A DNA stretch of 64,000 bases. Source: Blastocladiella emersonii ATCC 22665. Its lineage: Eukaryota; Fungi; Blastocladiomycota. The notes beneath the pieces are model-generated. The model saw only the letters and a list, made by a program, of their open reading frames with translations. It made no database searches and was not told the origin of the DNA. Shown here piece after piece: positions 1 to 10,400 of this stretch. A program made the position numbers and the translations under genes. The DNA is taken from the NCBI GenBank assembly GCA_025594325.1, contig JANHCV010000001.1, forward strand, positions 2,728,001-2,792,000, in the 5' to 3' direction. The first letter of the stretch is position 1. Each line of letters opens with the position of its first letter.

Positions 1-897
1 CTCCCGACCCCGCCCGCATCGGCCCTCATCGACGACGCGATCCACCTGCTCGCCGTCCAGCGCGTGCGCGCCGCCGCGCTCTCCCTGATCCCGGACCGGT
101 TCGACGCGATGCGCCGCGCGTCGCTCGCGGCGTCGCCGACTCCGCCGCTGAGTCCCGTTATCACGGCGGCGGCGGCGGGTGGTGGCCCGCACGAGGATGG
201 GGATGATGAGGCCGACGAGGACGACGAGGAGGACAGCGAGGTCGATCTCGAGGGGCCGGGTACTGGCAACCAGCACGAGTATGGATACGGGTTCGAGTAC
301 AGCACGACCCCGTACGGCTACGGCCACGGCGGGTACGCGTTCGGCCGCGACGGCAACGAGACGGTCCCGGCGTCCCCGGCGCTCAGCAGCGACGACGACC
401 CGTACACGCGCCACTACGCGCGCCCCGCCACGGTGATCCGCACCACGGGCCGTATCGAGCCGACCCCGCCGCCCGTGTCGCCGCCCGTGCCCAAGTCGTC
501 CAAGTCGTCGAGCACCACTGCGTCCGATCCGGCCGACAAAGACGGCGGCCCGATGCAGATCTCAAAGTACTGCCTGGCGCTGCGCGACCTGGCGCGCGAG
601 CACGGGCCCGACATCTTCTACTCGTGCCTGCAGGTCGGCGAGTACCTGGCGAGCTTCGGGCCAGTGGTCGCGGGCGACGCGGCCGTCGCCGACGCGGGCC
701 GCCGCGCCAAGGCCGTCCGCAAGCAGCTCGAGCGGCTCGTCGACCGCCCCGTCCCGCTCATCGAGAAGCGCAAGGAGTCGGGCAAGGTCGGGTACCGGTT
801 CATTGGACCGCTCGACGACGCCGTGTTCGGCGAGTCGCTCGCTGCCCTCGCGGCCGCTGCGGCGGTGGACGGCGCGGCTGTCTCGGACGGCATGTAG
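1..897 (+). CDS. Hypothetical protein, 5'-partial (frame open from base 1); acidic stretch plus a small globular C-terminal domain
   Basis: Frame 1 is open from position 1 to TAG at 895-897, with host-like codon usage (GC3-rich, AAG/GAG/ATC). No family motif recognised. Confidence 0.6.
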   Translation, partial: LPTPPASALIDDAIHLLAVQRVRAAALSLIPDRFDAMRRASLAASPTPPLSPVITAAAAGGGPHEDGDDEADEDDEEDSEVDLEGPGTGNQHEYGYGFEYSTTPYGYGHGGYAFGRDGNETVPASPALSSDDDPYTRHYARPATVIRTTGRIEPTPPPVSPPVPKSSKSSSTTASDPADKDGGPMQISKYCLALRDLAREHGPDIFYSCLQVGEYLASFGPVVAGDAAVADAGRRAKAVRKQLERLVDRPVPLIEKRKESGKVGYRFIGPLDDAVFGESLAALAAAAAVDGAAVSDGM

Positions 898-1105
898 CGT
901 GGTGTATCACGGATTAGTTTGCTCGATCATAAACCCATCAGCAGAGTTAGACTCGGAACTTGAAGCGCGCATGTGTCTCCCGCCCGCCACGCCTGCTGGC
1001 GCTGTGACGCGCTTCGCTTCAGCCGGGACGCGTCGTTCATCGCTCTCCCACCGCCGTATCGCAATGTATTAAACTCTCGCACACTGGCACACTACGCAAC
1101 ACTCA

Positions 1106-3934
1106 ATGCATCCAAAGACTCCACCCGTCGACGCCGACGACACGGACAACGCATCCGCGCCGCTGCTCGGGCCCCCGGCGCCCGCCCGCCCGCGCCATGG
1201 CACCGTGTCGACCATCGGCACCACGGCCACGGGCGCCACCTCCACCGCCGCGCCCACGGTCGCAACAACAGCCGCAGCGTCGAGCACGCTGCCCCGCAGC
1301 TCTACCGCCGCCTCCTCCTCCAAGAAGCTCGACACCGTCGCAGGCGTGTTCCTACCCGTCTTTCTCTCAATCTGGGGCCTGCAGTTCTATCTGCGCTTCG
1401 GCGTGATCCTCGGGTACGCGGGCGTGCTGGGCACGCTCGCGATGCTGGGCGCCGGGTACGCCGTGACGACGCTGACGACGCTGAGCGTGTCGGCCATCTC
1501 GACCAACGGCCGCGTGCGCGCCGGCGGCGCCTACTACATGATCTCGCGGTGCCTCGGTGCCGAGTTTGGCGGGTCGATTGGCGCCGTCTACTACGTCGGC
1601 AGCGTGCTGGGCGGCGCCATGAGCGCCGTCGGGTTCGTCGAGCCGCTGCTCGACACGTTTGGGGACGTCCTCCCCGACGACGGCTGGGCGCAGACGGGAT
1701 ACGCTACAGCCCTGCTCGCCGTCGCCACGCTGCTCAGTTTCGGCGGCGCGGCGTGGTTCGCGAAACTCAACAAGGCGCTGTTCGTCGTGCTCAACCTGAC
1801 GACGATCTCGGCGCTCGGCTCGCTGTTCCTGATCCCGCACGCCGCGGGCGGCGGCGGTACGGGTCCGTCGTGGGCCGTGCTCCGCGAGAACCTGTTCCCG
1901 ACCTTCACGGCGCCGCACACGGCGCACGCGCTGTTCGGCCTGCTGTTCCCGGCGTGCGCGGGGATCCTCGCGGGCGCGTCCATGTCGGGCGAGCTGCGCA
2001 CGCCGAGCCAGTCGATCCCGCGCGGCACGCTCGCGGGGATCGGCGTCACGGGCACGCTGTATATTTTCGCGGCGCTCATCATGGGCTCCACGCTCCCCCG
2101 CGCGGTGCTGCAGACGGACCTGGGCGTGCTCGGCACCTACTCGCGCGCCCCGCAGCTGTACACGGTCGGCATCTTTTCCGCGGCCTTCTGCGCCGTGTTC
2201 GGCGGGGTGCTGGGCACCGCGCAGCTCCTGCGCGCGATCCTGCGCGACCGCGTCCTGCCGCTCCTCCCGCACGCCGCGTCGCCGCGCGCGTGCATCGCCG
2301 TGACGTGGCTGCTGACGCAGCTCGCGCTGGTCGCGGCAGGCGGGTCGCTCGACGCCCTCGCGCCCTTCTACACGACCACGACGCTGCTGTGCTACGCGAC
2401 CGTGAACCTCGCGTGCCTGCTGCTGCGCGTCGCGGGCGCGCCCAACTTCCGCCCGGCGTTCCGCTACTTTGGCCGCACCACCGCGGCCGCCGGGCTCCTC
2501 GCGTGCCTCCTCGCCATGCTCGCCGTCGACGCCGCGTACGCCGCCGGGTGCATCCTTGTCAACGCCTTGCTATTCGCGGCCGTCCACTACGCGGGCGAGC
2601 CGAAAGACTGGGGCGACGTGTCCCTCGCCCTCGCGTACCACCAGGTCCGCCGGCTTCTGCTCAAGATGGACCGCCGCCACGCCAGCGTCAAGGCGTGGCG
2701 CCCGCAGATCCTGTACCTGGTCCCGCCTGCGGCGCCCGCCGCCGTCACGGGCGACATCCGGTTCGCCAACGACGCGAAAAAGGGCGCCCTGTTCGTCGTC
2801 GGCGTCCCCGTCATCGGCCACCTGCACGACCAGGTCACGCAGGTGTACGCGGCGCGTGCCGCGTGGCGCGATGCCGTTGTCGCGGCCGAGGTCAAGGCGC
2901 TCGTCCATGTCGCCGTCGCCCCGACCCCGCGCGCGGCCGCCGCCGCGATGTTGCTGGGCACCGGGCTCGGATCGCTCGCGCCGAACATCGTCCTCGCCGG
3001 GTTCCCCGAGGGGCGCGCCGCGCCCGCGTTCCTCGGTACCCTCGACGACGCCGTCGCGCTCGCCAAGTCCGTCGGCGTACTGCGCCACTTCCGCGCTACC
3101 GACGACGAAGGCGAGGTCGCGGGGACTATCGATATCTGGCCGCTGTGCTTCACGTCCGCGCCCGCCACCGCTGCGCCCGCCGACGTCCCGTTCGGCCCGC
3201 GGTCGCCCGTGCGGCGCGCGTCAACACTGGCCCTGCGCACCGACCCGACCGCGGCTGCCGAACCGCAGGTCTTTGACGACGTGGCGACCTGGACCCTCGT
3301 CCTGCAACTCGGCGCGATCCTGGCGACGACAGACCGGTGGCGGCGCCGGTCGCGCGTGCGCGTGTTCGTGGTCGTCGAGCGCCGCGCGCACGCCGAGGAC
3401 GACCGCCGCGTCGTGCGCCGCGTCGTGCGCGACTTGCGGATCGACGCCGACATCCACGTCGTGTGTCTCGAGGACGAGCCCCCCGGCGTCGTCCCCGGCG
3501 GCGTCGTGGTGTCGAGCGACGACGAGGTGGTGGTTAAGATCGAGCCGGACGAGGAGGATGAGGATGAGGAGGACGATGCGTCGACGGCCGCGATCCGTGA
3601 CCGCGCGCGGTTCCAGCCCCCGCCGCGCCGCAGACTGCGGACCATGTCGAACAAGAACGGCGAGACCGCGACGGCGCCCGCCGCAGCAACAACGGCAGCC
3701 GAGGCGGATCCCGCAGCCCACACCCTGCACCGGCTGATCGCCAAGTACTCGTCGGCGGCGGCCGTGGTCCTGACACCGCTCCCGCCGTGGCCGCGCGGGG
3801 CGTGGCGCGACTCGAGCGCGGCGGCCGCGTGGTTCGCGACTGTCGACGCGCTGAGCGGCGGGCCCGACGGGCGCGTGCCGATGGCGATGCTGGCGGCGGC
3901 GCCGGGGCAGGTGCCGGTGACTACGCAACTCTGA
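1106..3934 (+). CDS. VHC1: SLC12/cation-chloride cotransporter family (vacuolar Vhc1/SLC12A9-like), 942 aa, intronless
   Basis: CCC motifs: GVFLPVFLSIWG..LRFG, STNGRVRAGGAYYMISRCLGAEFGGSIG, FPACAGILAGASMSGELRTPSQSIPRGT, APNFRPAF, KDWGDV, VKAWRPQIL. Multiple TM helices followed by a cytosolic C-domain. Confidence 0.9.
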   Translation: MHPKTPPVDADDTDNASAPLLGPPAPARPRHGTVSTIGTTATGATSTAAPTVATTAAASSTLPRSSTAASSSKKLDTVAGVFLPVFLSIWGLQFYLRFGVILGYAGVLGTLAMLGAGYAVTTLTTLSVSAISTNGRVRAGGAYYMISRCLGAEFGGSIGAVYYVGSVLGGAMSAVGFVEPLLDTFGDVLPDDGWAQTGYATALLAVATLLSFGGAAWFAKLNKALFVVLNLTTISALGSLFLIPHAAGGGGTGPSWAVLRENLFPTFTAPHTAHALFGLLFPACAGILAGASMSGELRTPSQSIPRGTLAGIGVTGTLYIFAALIMGSTLPRAVLQTDLGVLGTYSRAPQLYTVGIFSAAFCAVFGGVLGTAQLLRAILRDRVLPLLPHAASPRACIAVTWLLTQLALVAAGGSLDALAPFYTTTTLLCYATVNLACLLLRVAGAPNFRPAFRYFGRTTAAAGLLACLLAMLAVDAAYAAGCILVNALLFAAVHYAGEPKDWGDVSLALAYHQVRRLLLKMDRRHASVKAWRPQILYLVPPAAPAAVTGDIRFANDAKKGALFVVGVPVIGHLHDQVTQVYAARAAWRDAVVAAEVKALVHVAVAPTPRAAAAAMLLGTGLGSLAPNIVLAGFPEGRAAPAFLGTLDDAVALAKSVGVLRHFRATDDEGEVAGTIDIWPLCFTSAPATAAPADVPFGPRSPVRRASTLALRTDPTAAAEPQVFDDVATWTLVLQLGAILATTDRWRRRSRVRVFVVVERRAHAEDDRRVVRRVVRDLRIDADIHVVCLEDEPPGVVPGGVVVSSDDEVVVKIEPDEEDEDEEDDASTAAIRDRARFQPPPRRRLRTMSNKNGETATAPAAATTAAEADPAAHTLHRLIAKYSSAAAVVLTPLPPWPRGAWRDSSAAAAWFATVDALSGGPDGRVPMAMLAAAPGQVPVTTQL

Positions 3935-3957
3935 ATGAATATATTCACTAAACTAGC

Positions 3958-5633
3958 TCAGCCGATCTCGTGGACGATCTCGTGCACGACAAAGTCGTCG
4001 TACAGCAGCGTGACGCCGTCGCGCGCGTAGTGGAAGGCCGTGTAGCACTCGGCGCACCACCGGCACGGGTTGGCCACGGCGTGGCGGTCGCCGCGCGTCA
4101 CGTACCGCGCGGCGCGGTAGTCGCAGACCGTGCACCGCTGCCGCCGCGTGTGCCGCTTGAAGGTGGTCCGCGGGTACGATGTCTCGGGCGGGTCGGCGAC
4201 TGGATTCCACAAGCTAGGTTTGGGGGATGTTAGGGGACGGTGAGGTGCGAGTGTGGGGTGGTGGTGGACGCGTACCGAATGTTCTGGACAATGACGAGGT
4301 GCTCGCACGCGCCCTGGTGGACGAGCACGTACGGCTCGTTGATGCGCAGCGGGACCGCGTCGAGCGGCGTCGACTCCATGGGCAGCCGCTCGAGCGGGAG
4401 GTTGCGCGCCGTGTACCACTGCATGATTGGGCTACATTCCGACGTCGTCAGTGACACGGATCAGCCAGACCCGTCCAAGAAAAAAGCGTACCCAGCGACG
4501 TCGAGCAATCGGTACCCCGCGCGCCCGTCGACGAGGATGCGGCCGTCGACGACGAGCGCGCTCGGCGACGTCTTGGGCTTGCCGGCCTCGGGGTTGTTGG
4601 CGCCGGCCTGGCGCTCGTGCGGCGACGTGTAGTCGGCAGGGCAGAAGAGGTGGTCGCGGAGAACGGAGAAGGGCTGGGTCGAGAGGACCTCGATCTCGCG
4701 CAGGCGGCGCTGCGGGTGCACGGGGTCGTGCAGCGAGATAGTCACGACGGACAGGTCCCGGTACGCGGGGAACGGCGGCAGGTGCGCGGTCAGGATGGTC
4801 TTGGGGACGCCGTTGACGTTGAAGCCTTGCGGCGCCATGCTGGTCGCGGGCTACGAGCGAGAGTGCGGTCGTGAGTGGACGTGCCGACCGCTGAGAAGTA
4901 ACCAAGTAGTACCAGTCGCTCGTGCGTCCCGCGCTCACCCGACTCCTCGGGCGGCGTGGCGGCATTGATCTCGGGCATCAGCGGCATCGGGGCGAGCTCG
5001 AACGTGTCGTCCTGGGCCGACCGCAGCCCACTTGCCTCGCGCATGACCGTGATCGTGTCGAGCTGCTGCTGCAGCGTCGACGGCGCCTCGGACAGCACGA
5101 GCGCGGCCGGGAGCGGCTTGCGCACCGGAAAGTCGGCCGACCGGCGCTGCGCCGACTCGGCACGCTGCTGCTGCAGGTGGTGGAACAGTGCGCTCTCGCG
5201 CAGATACCACCCGGGGTCGCGGTCGTGCCGCCCCGGCCAGTCCTCGGCGGCCGGGTCCGCGAGCGGATCGCCGGCGGCGGGCGGCGGAATGAAGGGCCAC
5301 CGCCGTTCCTCGGGCAGTTTCCACATGGGCGCGTCGGGGTTGGCGGACGCGATCACGGCGCTACGGTTGGTTCGGCGAGTCAGGCGTGTCATGCCCACTG
5401 GAACGTCCAGAGAGAGCACGTACTTACTCGATGGCGGGCTCTAGCTCGGGCCGCTCGTACGCCCACCACACGTTGGCGAGGATGCCCTGCAGCTCGTGCG
5501 ACGCGCGCGCGGCGTGGGCGCGGGCGTAGGCGTGGAACTCGGGCAGCGACACGGGCGGGCTCGCAGCCACGTCGCGGAACAGCACGCGGCTCGGCCGCCA
5601 TGCGCGCGGGCGGGTCGGGTCGGACTGATTCAT
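3958..5633 (-). CDS. SNAPC3: snRNA-activating protein complex subunit 3 (SNAP50), about 5 exons
   Basis: Spliced minus-strand exons give [13 protein letters not shown] and C-terminal CTVC..A.YVT..D.....PC.WC..CY..FHY..DG, the SNAP50 C-terminal zinc finger. ATG at 5633. Exon boundaries approximate. Confidence 0.85.
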
Positions 5634-6013
5634 GGTTGCATGTGGGGGCGGGGTCTGGGGTGAGAGAGCGACGGAGGGACGACGAGCAGCAGAGAGAGGA
5701 GCGGCTCGACGACTCACGTGGGCGAGCCGGGCGCGTCGTGCTCAGCAGCGCACGCGAGGCGAACGCCACACCGCCGCCGCTGGCCGGCCCTCCATCCGGG
5801 ACTCGCCCTCCCCTCCCCTCCCTCCCGACCCGCTAGTGCCACGCGCGCATCCCACGAGACTACCTGCACTGCATCTCTCCCACGTAACGCTACGCAACGA
5901 CACCCGGCACCGCACGCCCCGCCGACCCCCCGACCCGTGCTCGCCCGCCCCATCTCGATCGCCCCTCGAGACCTGCCACACCCAAACACGCACCAATCTC
6001 TCGCCAGGCAACC

Positions 6014-6809
6014 ATGTCTGCACCCGCCGCCCCCAACGCCGCGCCGGTCCAGGTCAAGCTGGTCCTTCTCGGTGCGTGCGCCGCCTCCCGATGAGCGAGC
6101 GAACGGTTTCCGGGGGAGCGATCCGTTTGCTGACGTGTGTGCGCCACCACGCCTCGTTGTGCGTAGGCCAGGCCGCCGTCGGCAAGTCGTCGCTCGTGCT
6201 GCGCTTCGTGCGCAACGAGTTCCAGGAGAACCGCGAGCCGACGATTGGCGCCGCCTTCCTGACGCAGAAGTGCAAGGTGGACGACAAGGTGGTCAAGTTC
6301 GAGATCTGGGACACGGCCGGCCAGGAGCGCTTCCACTCGCTCGCCCCCATGTACTACCGCAACGCGCTCGCCGCCATCGTCGTCTACGACGTGACCTCGG
6401 CCCAGTCCTTTGACAAGGCCAAGTCGTGGGTCAAGGAGCTGCAGCTGCAGGGCAACTCCAACATCGTCATTGCCCTCGCCGGCAACAAGATTGACCTTAT
6501 CAAGTCCGAGGGTGAGGGAGTCCGCGAGGTCAGCGACCAGGAGGCCCGCGCCTACGCCGCCGAGACGGGCCTGCTCTTTTTCGAGACCTCGGCCAAGGAC
6601 GGAACCGGCGTCGAGGTCATCTTCAACGACATTGGTACGCTTGCTCGCTGTTTCGCTTCTGTGTGCAACCCACGCTCACCTCATCGCCCGCTTTCACGCG
6701 TCTAGCCAAGAAGATCCCCTTCGAGCAGATCCTCGCCAAGGCGAACGCGCCGCGCCAGGGCGTCAACCTGCACGAGCCGCAGCCCGCTGCCCCCAGCAAG
6801 TGCTGCTAA
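6014..6809 (+). CDS. RAB5: Rab5/Ypt51-family small GTPase; exons about 6014-6071, 6167-6634, 6706-6809
   Basis: VKLVLLG|QAAVGKSS, effector loop [38 protein letters not shown]-terminal CC prenylation motif. Confidence 0.95.
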
Positions 6810-7415
6810 ACGCACCCCCGTATCGTGTCGCCCCCGCTCGATCGGGTCATTTTGCCTCCCCTCCCTCCCGTCCCCCGCATCATCTTCTCTCGTGTAATCA
6901 TTCGTCTGCTCCCCCCTTGCTTTCCCCCCCGTTGTTTGCTTTCTGTTGACAAGATCCCGCTTTGTACGCTTGTGGTCGATTGTTGTTGTCCAAAGGGCCG
7001 GGATCTGGGAGACGGCCCACGCCGCACGCACGCGTGCATGTCTCGCATCTCACATCGCGTCTCGCGCCTTGCTTGACCACCACGCGCGCCCACCGACGAC
7101 GCGCGCCGCCTTCTGGTCCGCCTCGCGCACATGAGCGACGCGCGCGTGCGCATGGAATCAATCCCGATTCCAGCTTGCTCCGTGCGCCAGCGCACCACGT
7201 ATCACTCGAACGAAGCAGCGCACTTGACGCACTGGCACCCGCCGCGGCCCACCTATCGCATCGGCCGCGCTGGGCGCTCCATTTTCTCCATCCGCGGGCC
7301 CATGAACGCTGGCCGTGCCTGCCGCCGCGCCTGATGCATCCCACGCGACGCAAGTCGCGGCTGCGCCACCTCCCCGACACGACCACGCTGTGGCGCAACG
7401 CGTCATCCTGAAACC

Positions 7416-10400
7416 ATGGCCGCTACCGACGTTGCCGCCGCCGCACCGGCCGCACGGCGGCGATCTACTTCCCCGTATCCGCAACAACGACAACATCTGC
7501 CGTGCGATGGCCGGGCAAGGCCACGTCGATGCCGCGCCACGGCTGGGCCGTGGACTGCTCTCGCCGCGCTCGTCGTGACGCTGGTCCTGTGTGCTGGCTC
7601 GACCCATGCGCGAATCACCATCGCCTTCACCAATGCGCTGCGAGGAGAGCTCGACGGCGTCAACGTATGATGATGGCTCCGATCTGTCCCGAGTCGAAAC
7701 CTACGCTGACACGGAGATCCTGTGGCTAGGGCGTCGGCGGTGTCCCGCGGCTCAAGACGGTCCTGTCGCAGTACCCTTCCGCACTCCGCATCAACACCCA
7801 CGGCTTCATCGGGAGCGGCGCCATGTTTGCCAAGTCGGCGGGTACCGTGGAGACGGACGTGCTCAGCACCATCTTTCACGCTACGGGGTGCGCTAACCCG
7901 CGCTTGTTCCTCATCAACGCCGCGACTGACCTTCCCCGAATGTAGTTTCGGGACCCGCGAGCTCGGCCTCGGCGTTTCCAGGCTCGCATCGAGTACGCTC
8001 CAACTACACCGACATGATCGGAGCGAGCTCACCCGTCTCCGTCATGTCTAGACGTGGTTGCGCGAGCAGGAACCACAGCAGTCCTCGCGTCGACATGGTC
8101 GTTCGCCTCGCGCTCGTCGCTGTTCACGGGCGTCAAGCCGTACACGGTCCTCTCGGCCGTCGACAGCGTGACCAACGCGGCCGTCCGAATCGGCGTCGTG
8201 ACGCTCGGCAACCCTGGTACGCGGTCCGATCGCCGACTCGACAACGCGGCTGACTCCTTCGCCGTGTAGCAATCTGCACCGTCGCCAACTGCAACGACCT
8301 GACGGGCCCGGTCCTGCGGCCCTCGCTCAACGCCACGACGCGGCTCCGCGAGCTCGTCGCGCAGCTCACGGCCATGGAGAGCGTGCAGCTCGTCGTTGCC
8401 ATCGGGACGAGCGCGTCGCCGTCAGCGGCCGCGGCCGAGCTGGCTCTGGCCCACACAGTCCCCGGCATCGACGTGGTCCTGCTCGGCGCCACGGCGGCGG
8501 CGCTCCCGGGCGTCGCGAGCCCCGCCAACTTCCCGTGGATCACCACCAACGCTGCCGGCGGGCATCCTCTCCACGTCGCGCTCCTGCCCGGCGACTCGGG
8601 CGCCGCGGTCGGTATCGTCCATCTCGACGGGATCACGTCGGCGACCTCGCCTCTCACGTCCATCGTCACCGTTTCGGGGGCGCGGGTCGCGCTGTCGTGC
8701 CCCGACCCCGCGGCCACGACCTGCGTGCAGCCGGACTCGGCGACACAGACGGATATCACCAACCGCCTCGCCGCGCTTGTCTCGGCCTCGTCGTCGTTCT
8801 CGCTCTCCCTCGGCTCGGCGCTCCGCGCGAGCGCGTGCGCGAGCAACACCGAGTGCGCGCTCGGTGCGCTTGTCGCGCGCGCCGTCCGGTCCACGGGCTC
8901 GTGCTCCGCATCGCTCGTCACCGTGGCCCCGCTCGTTAACGTCACGACCCGCGACGCGGGCACCTCGCTGTCGTGGGACGACCTGCGCGCCGTGTACCCA
9001 GCCAACGACGCGGTCGGCGTGGCGATGGTCTCAACGCTCGACCTCGTCGACTGGGTGACGTGGGCGCGCGCGAGCGACGGGTTCGCGCAGGCGTCGGGGC
9101 TCGCCGTGACGCTCAACGCGGCCGGCGCCATCATCGACGTGGCCGTCGGCGGCACGTCCGTCGTCACGGGCGACCAGGCGCGGACCATCACCGTGTGCAC
9201 GACGGGCTCGATGCTGGCGCGGATGCCCGACGCCCTGCGCGCGCGGCTCGCGGCGGATGCGTGGAATATCAACGTGATCGACGCCATGTACCTCGCGTAC
9301 GTGGGCAGCCCGAGCGCGTTCACGTTCGCGCCCGAGGGCACGTGGACCGTGTCGTCGGCGTCGCAGGCCACGGCGGTCGTCACGGGCACCTGCACGTACA
9401 ATGCGTCGGCGACGCTGGCCGGGTCGCCGAAACCGGCCGCGTCGCAGCAAGAGCAGTGCACGGGGATCCGGCTCGGCGCCGACTTTACGCACGAGCTCTT
9501 CGCGCCGGGCGGCGGGGCGCAGCAGCTCGTGGCCATGGCGCTCAACCTCACGCTGCCCGACTTCACCGGCGGCGATGCCGCGTACATTGCGTCGTCGCCG
9601 TCGGCCCCGCCCGCCGTCACGCTCACGTCCAGCGGGATCGCTACCGCGCCGTTCGCGCCCGCGTACGTCCGCATCGTGTACACGGGCCGCCGGATCTCGT
9701 CGGCGCCCGTCACGATTGCGGCCACGGGCCTCACGGCGTGCCCCGACGGGTACATTCCGCTGGGCTCCAACGCCTGCGAGGCGTGTCCCGCGGGCAGCTA
9801 CCGGAACGGCACGCTGTCGTGGTGCGCGCCGTGCCCGGCCGGGACGGTGGCCAGCGCCACGGGCTCGACGTCGTGCACCCCGTGCAGCGCGGGCTCCGTC
9901 GCCGCGTCCGCGGGCCAGTCGACGTGCTCGGCGTGTCCCGCGGCCATGTACGCGCCGGCCATGGGTCTCTCAGCGTGCCTGGCGTGCACGGCGCCGCGGA
10001 TCCGCGCGTCGAACGCGCTGTGTGTGTGCCCGATCGACGGGCACGTCTTTGACCCGTCGACGGGCGCGTGCACGGCGCCGGGCGTCATGTCGTCGATCGC
10101 GATCACGTCGTCGTTCCTGGCGGGCGCCGCGGGCCTGCTCATCTTCGCGACGGTCGTGAGCGTGTACATGTGGAGCAAGAAGCGGCCGCGGAGCAGCAGC
10201 GGCGGGAGCGGGAGCAAGGGGTCGGGGCGCACGCCGCGGTCCGTGATCCAGTCGCAGCAGCAGGCGCAGCTCAGCAGCCAGATCCAGAACCAGCTGAGCT
10301 CGTCGGCGGCCGCGAGCCAGCTGTCGGGCGGCGGCGTCGACGCGCAGCTCGACGCGCCCATCAAGCGCGCCATCGATATCTTGCAGATGCTCAAGGCGTC

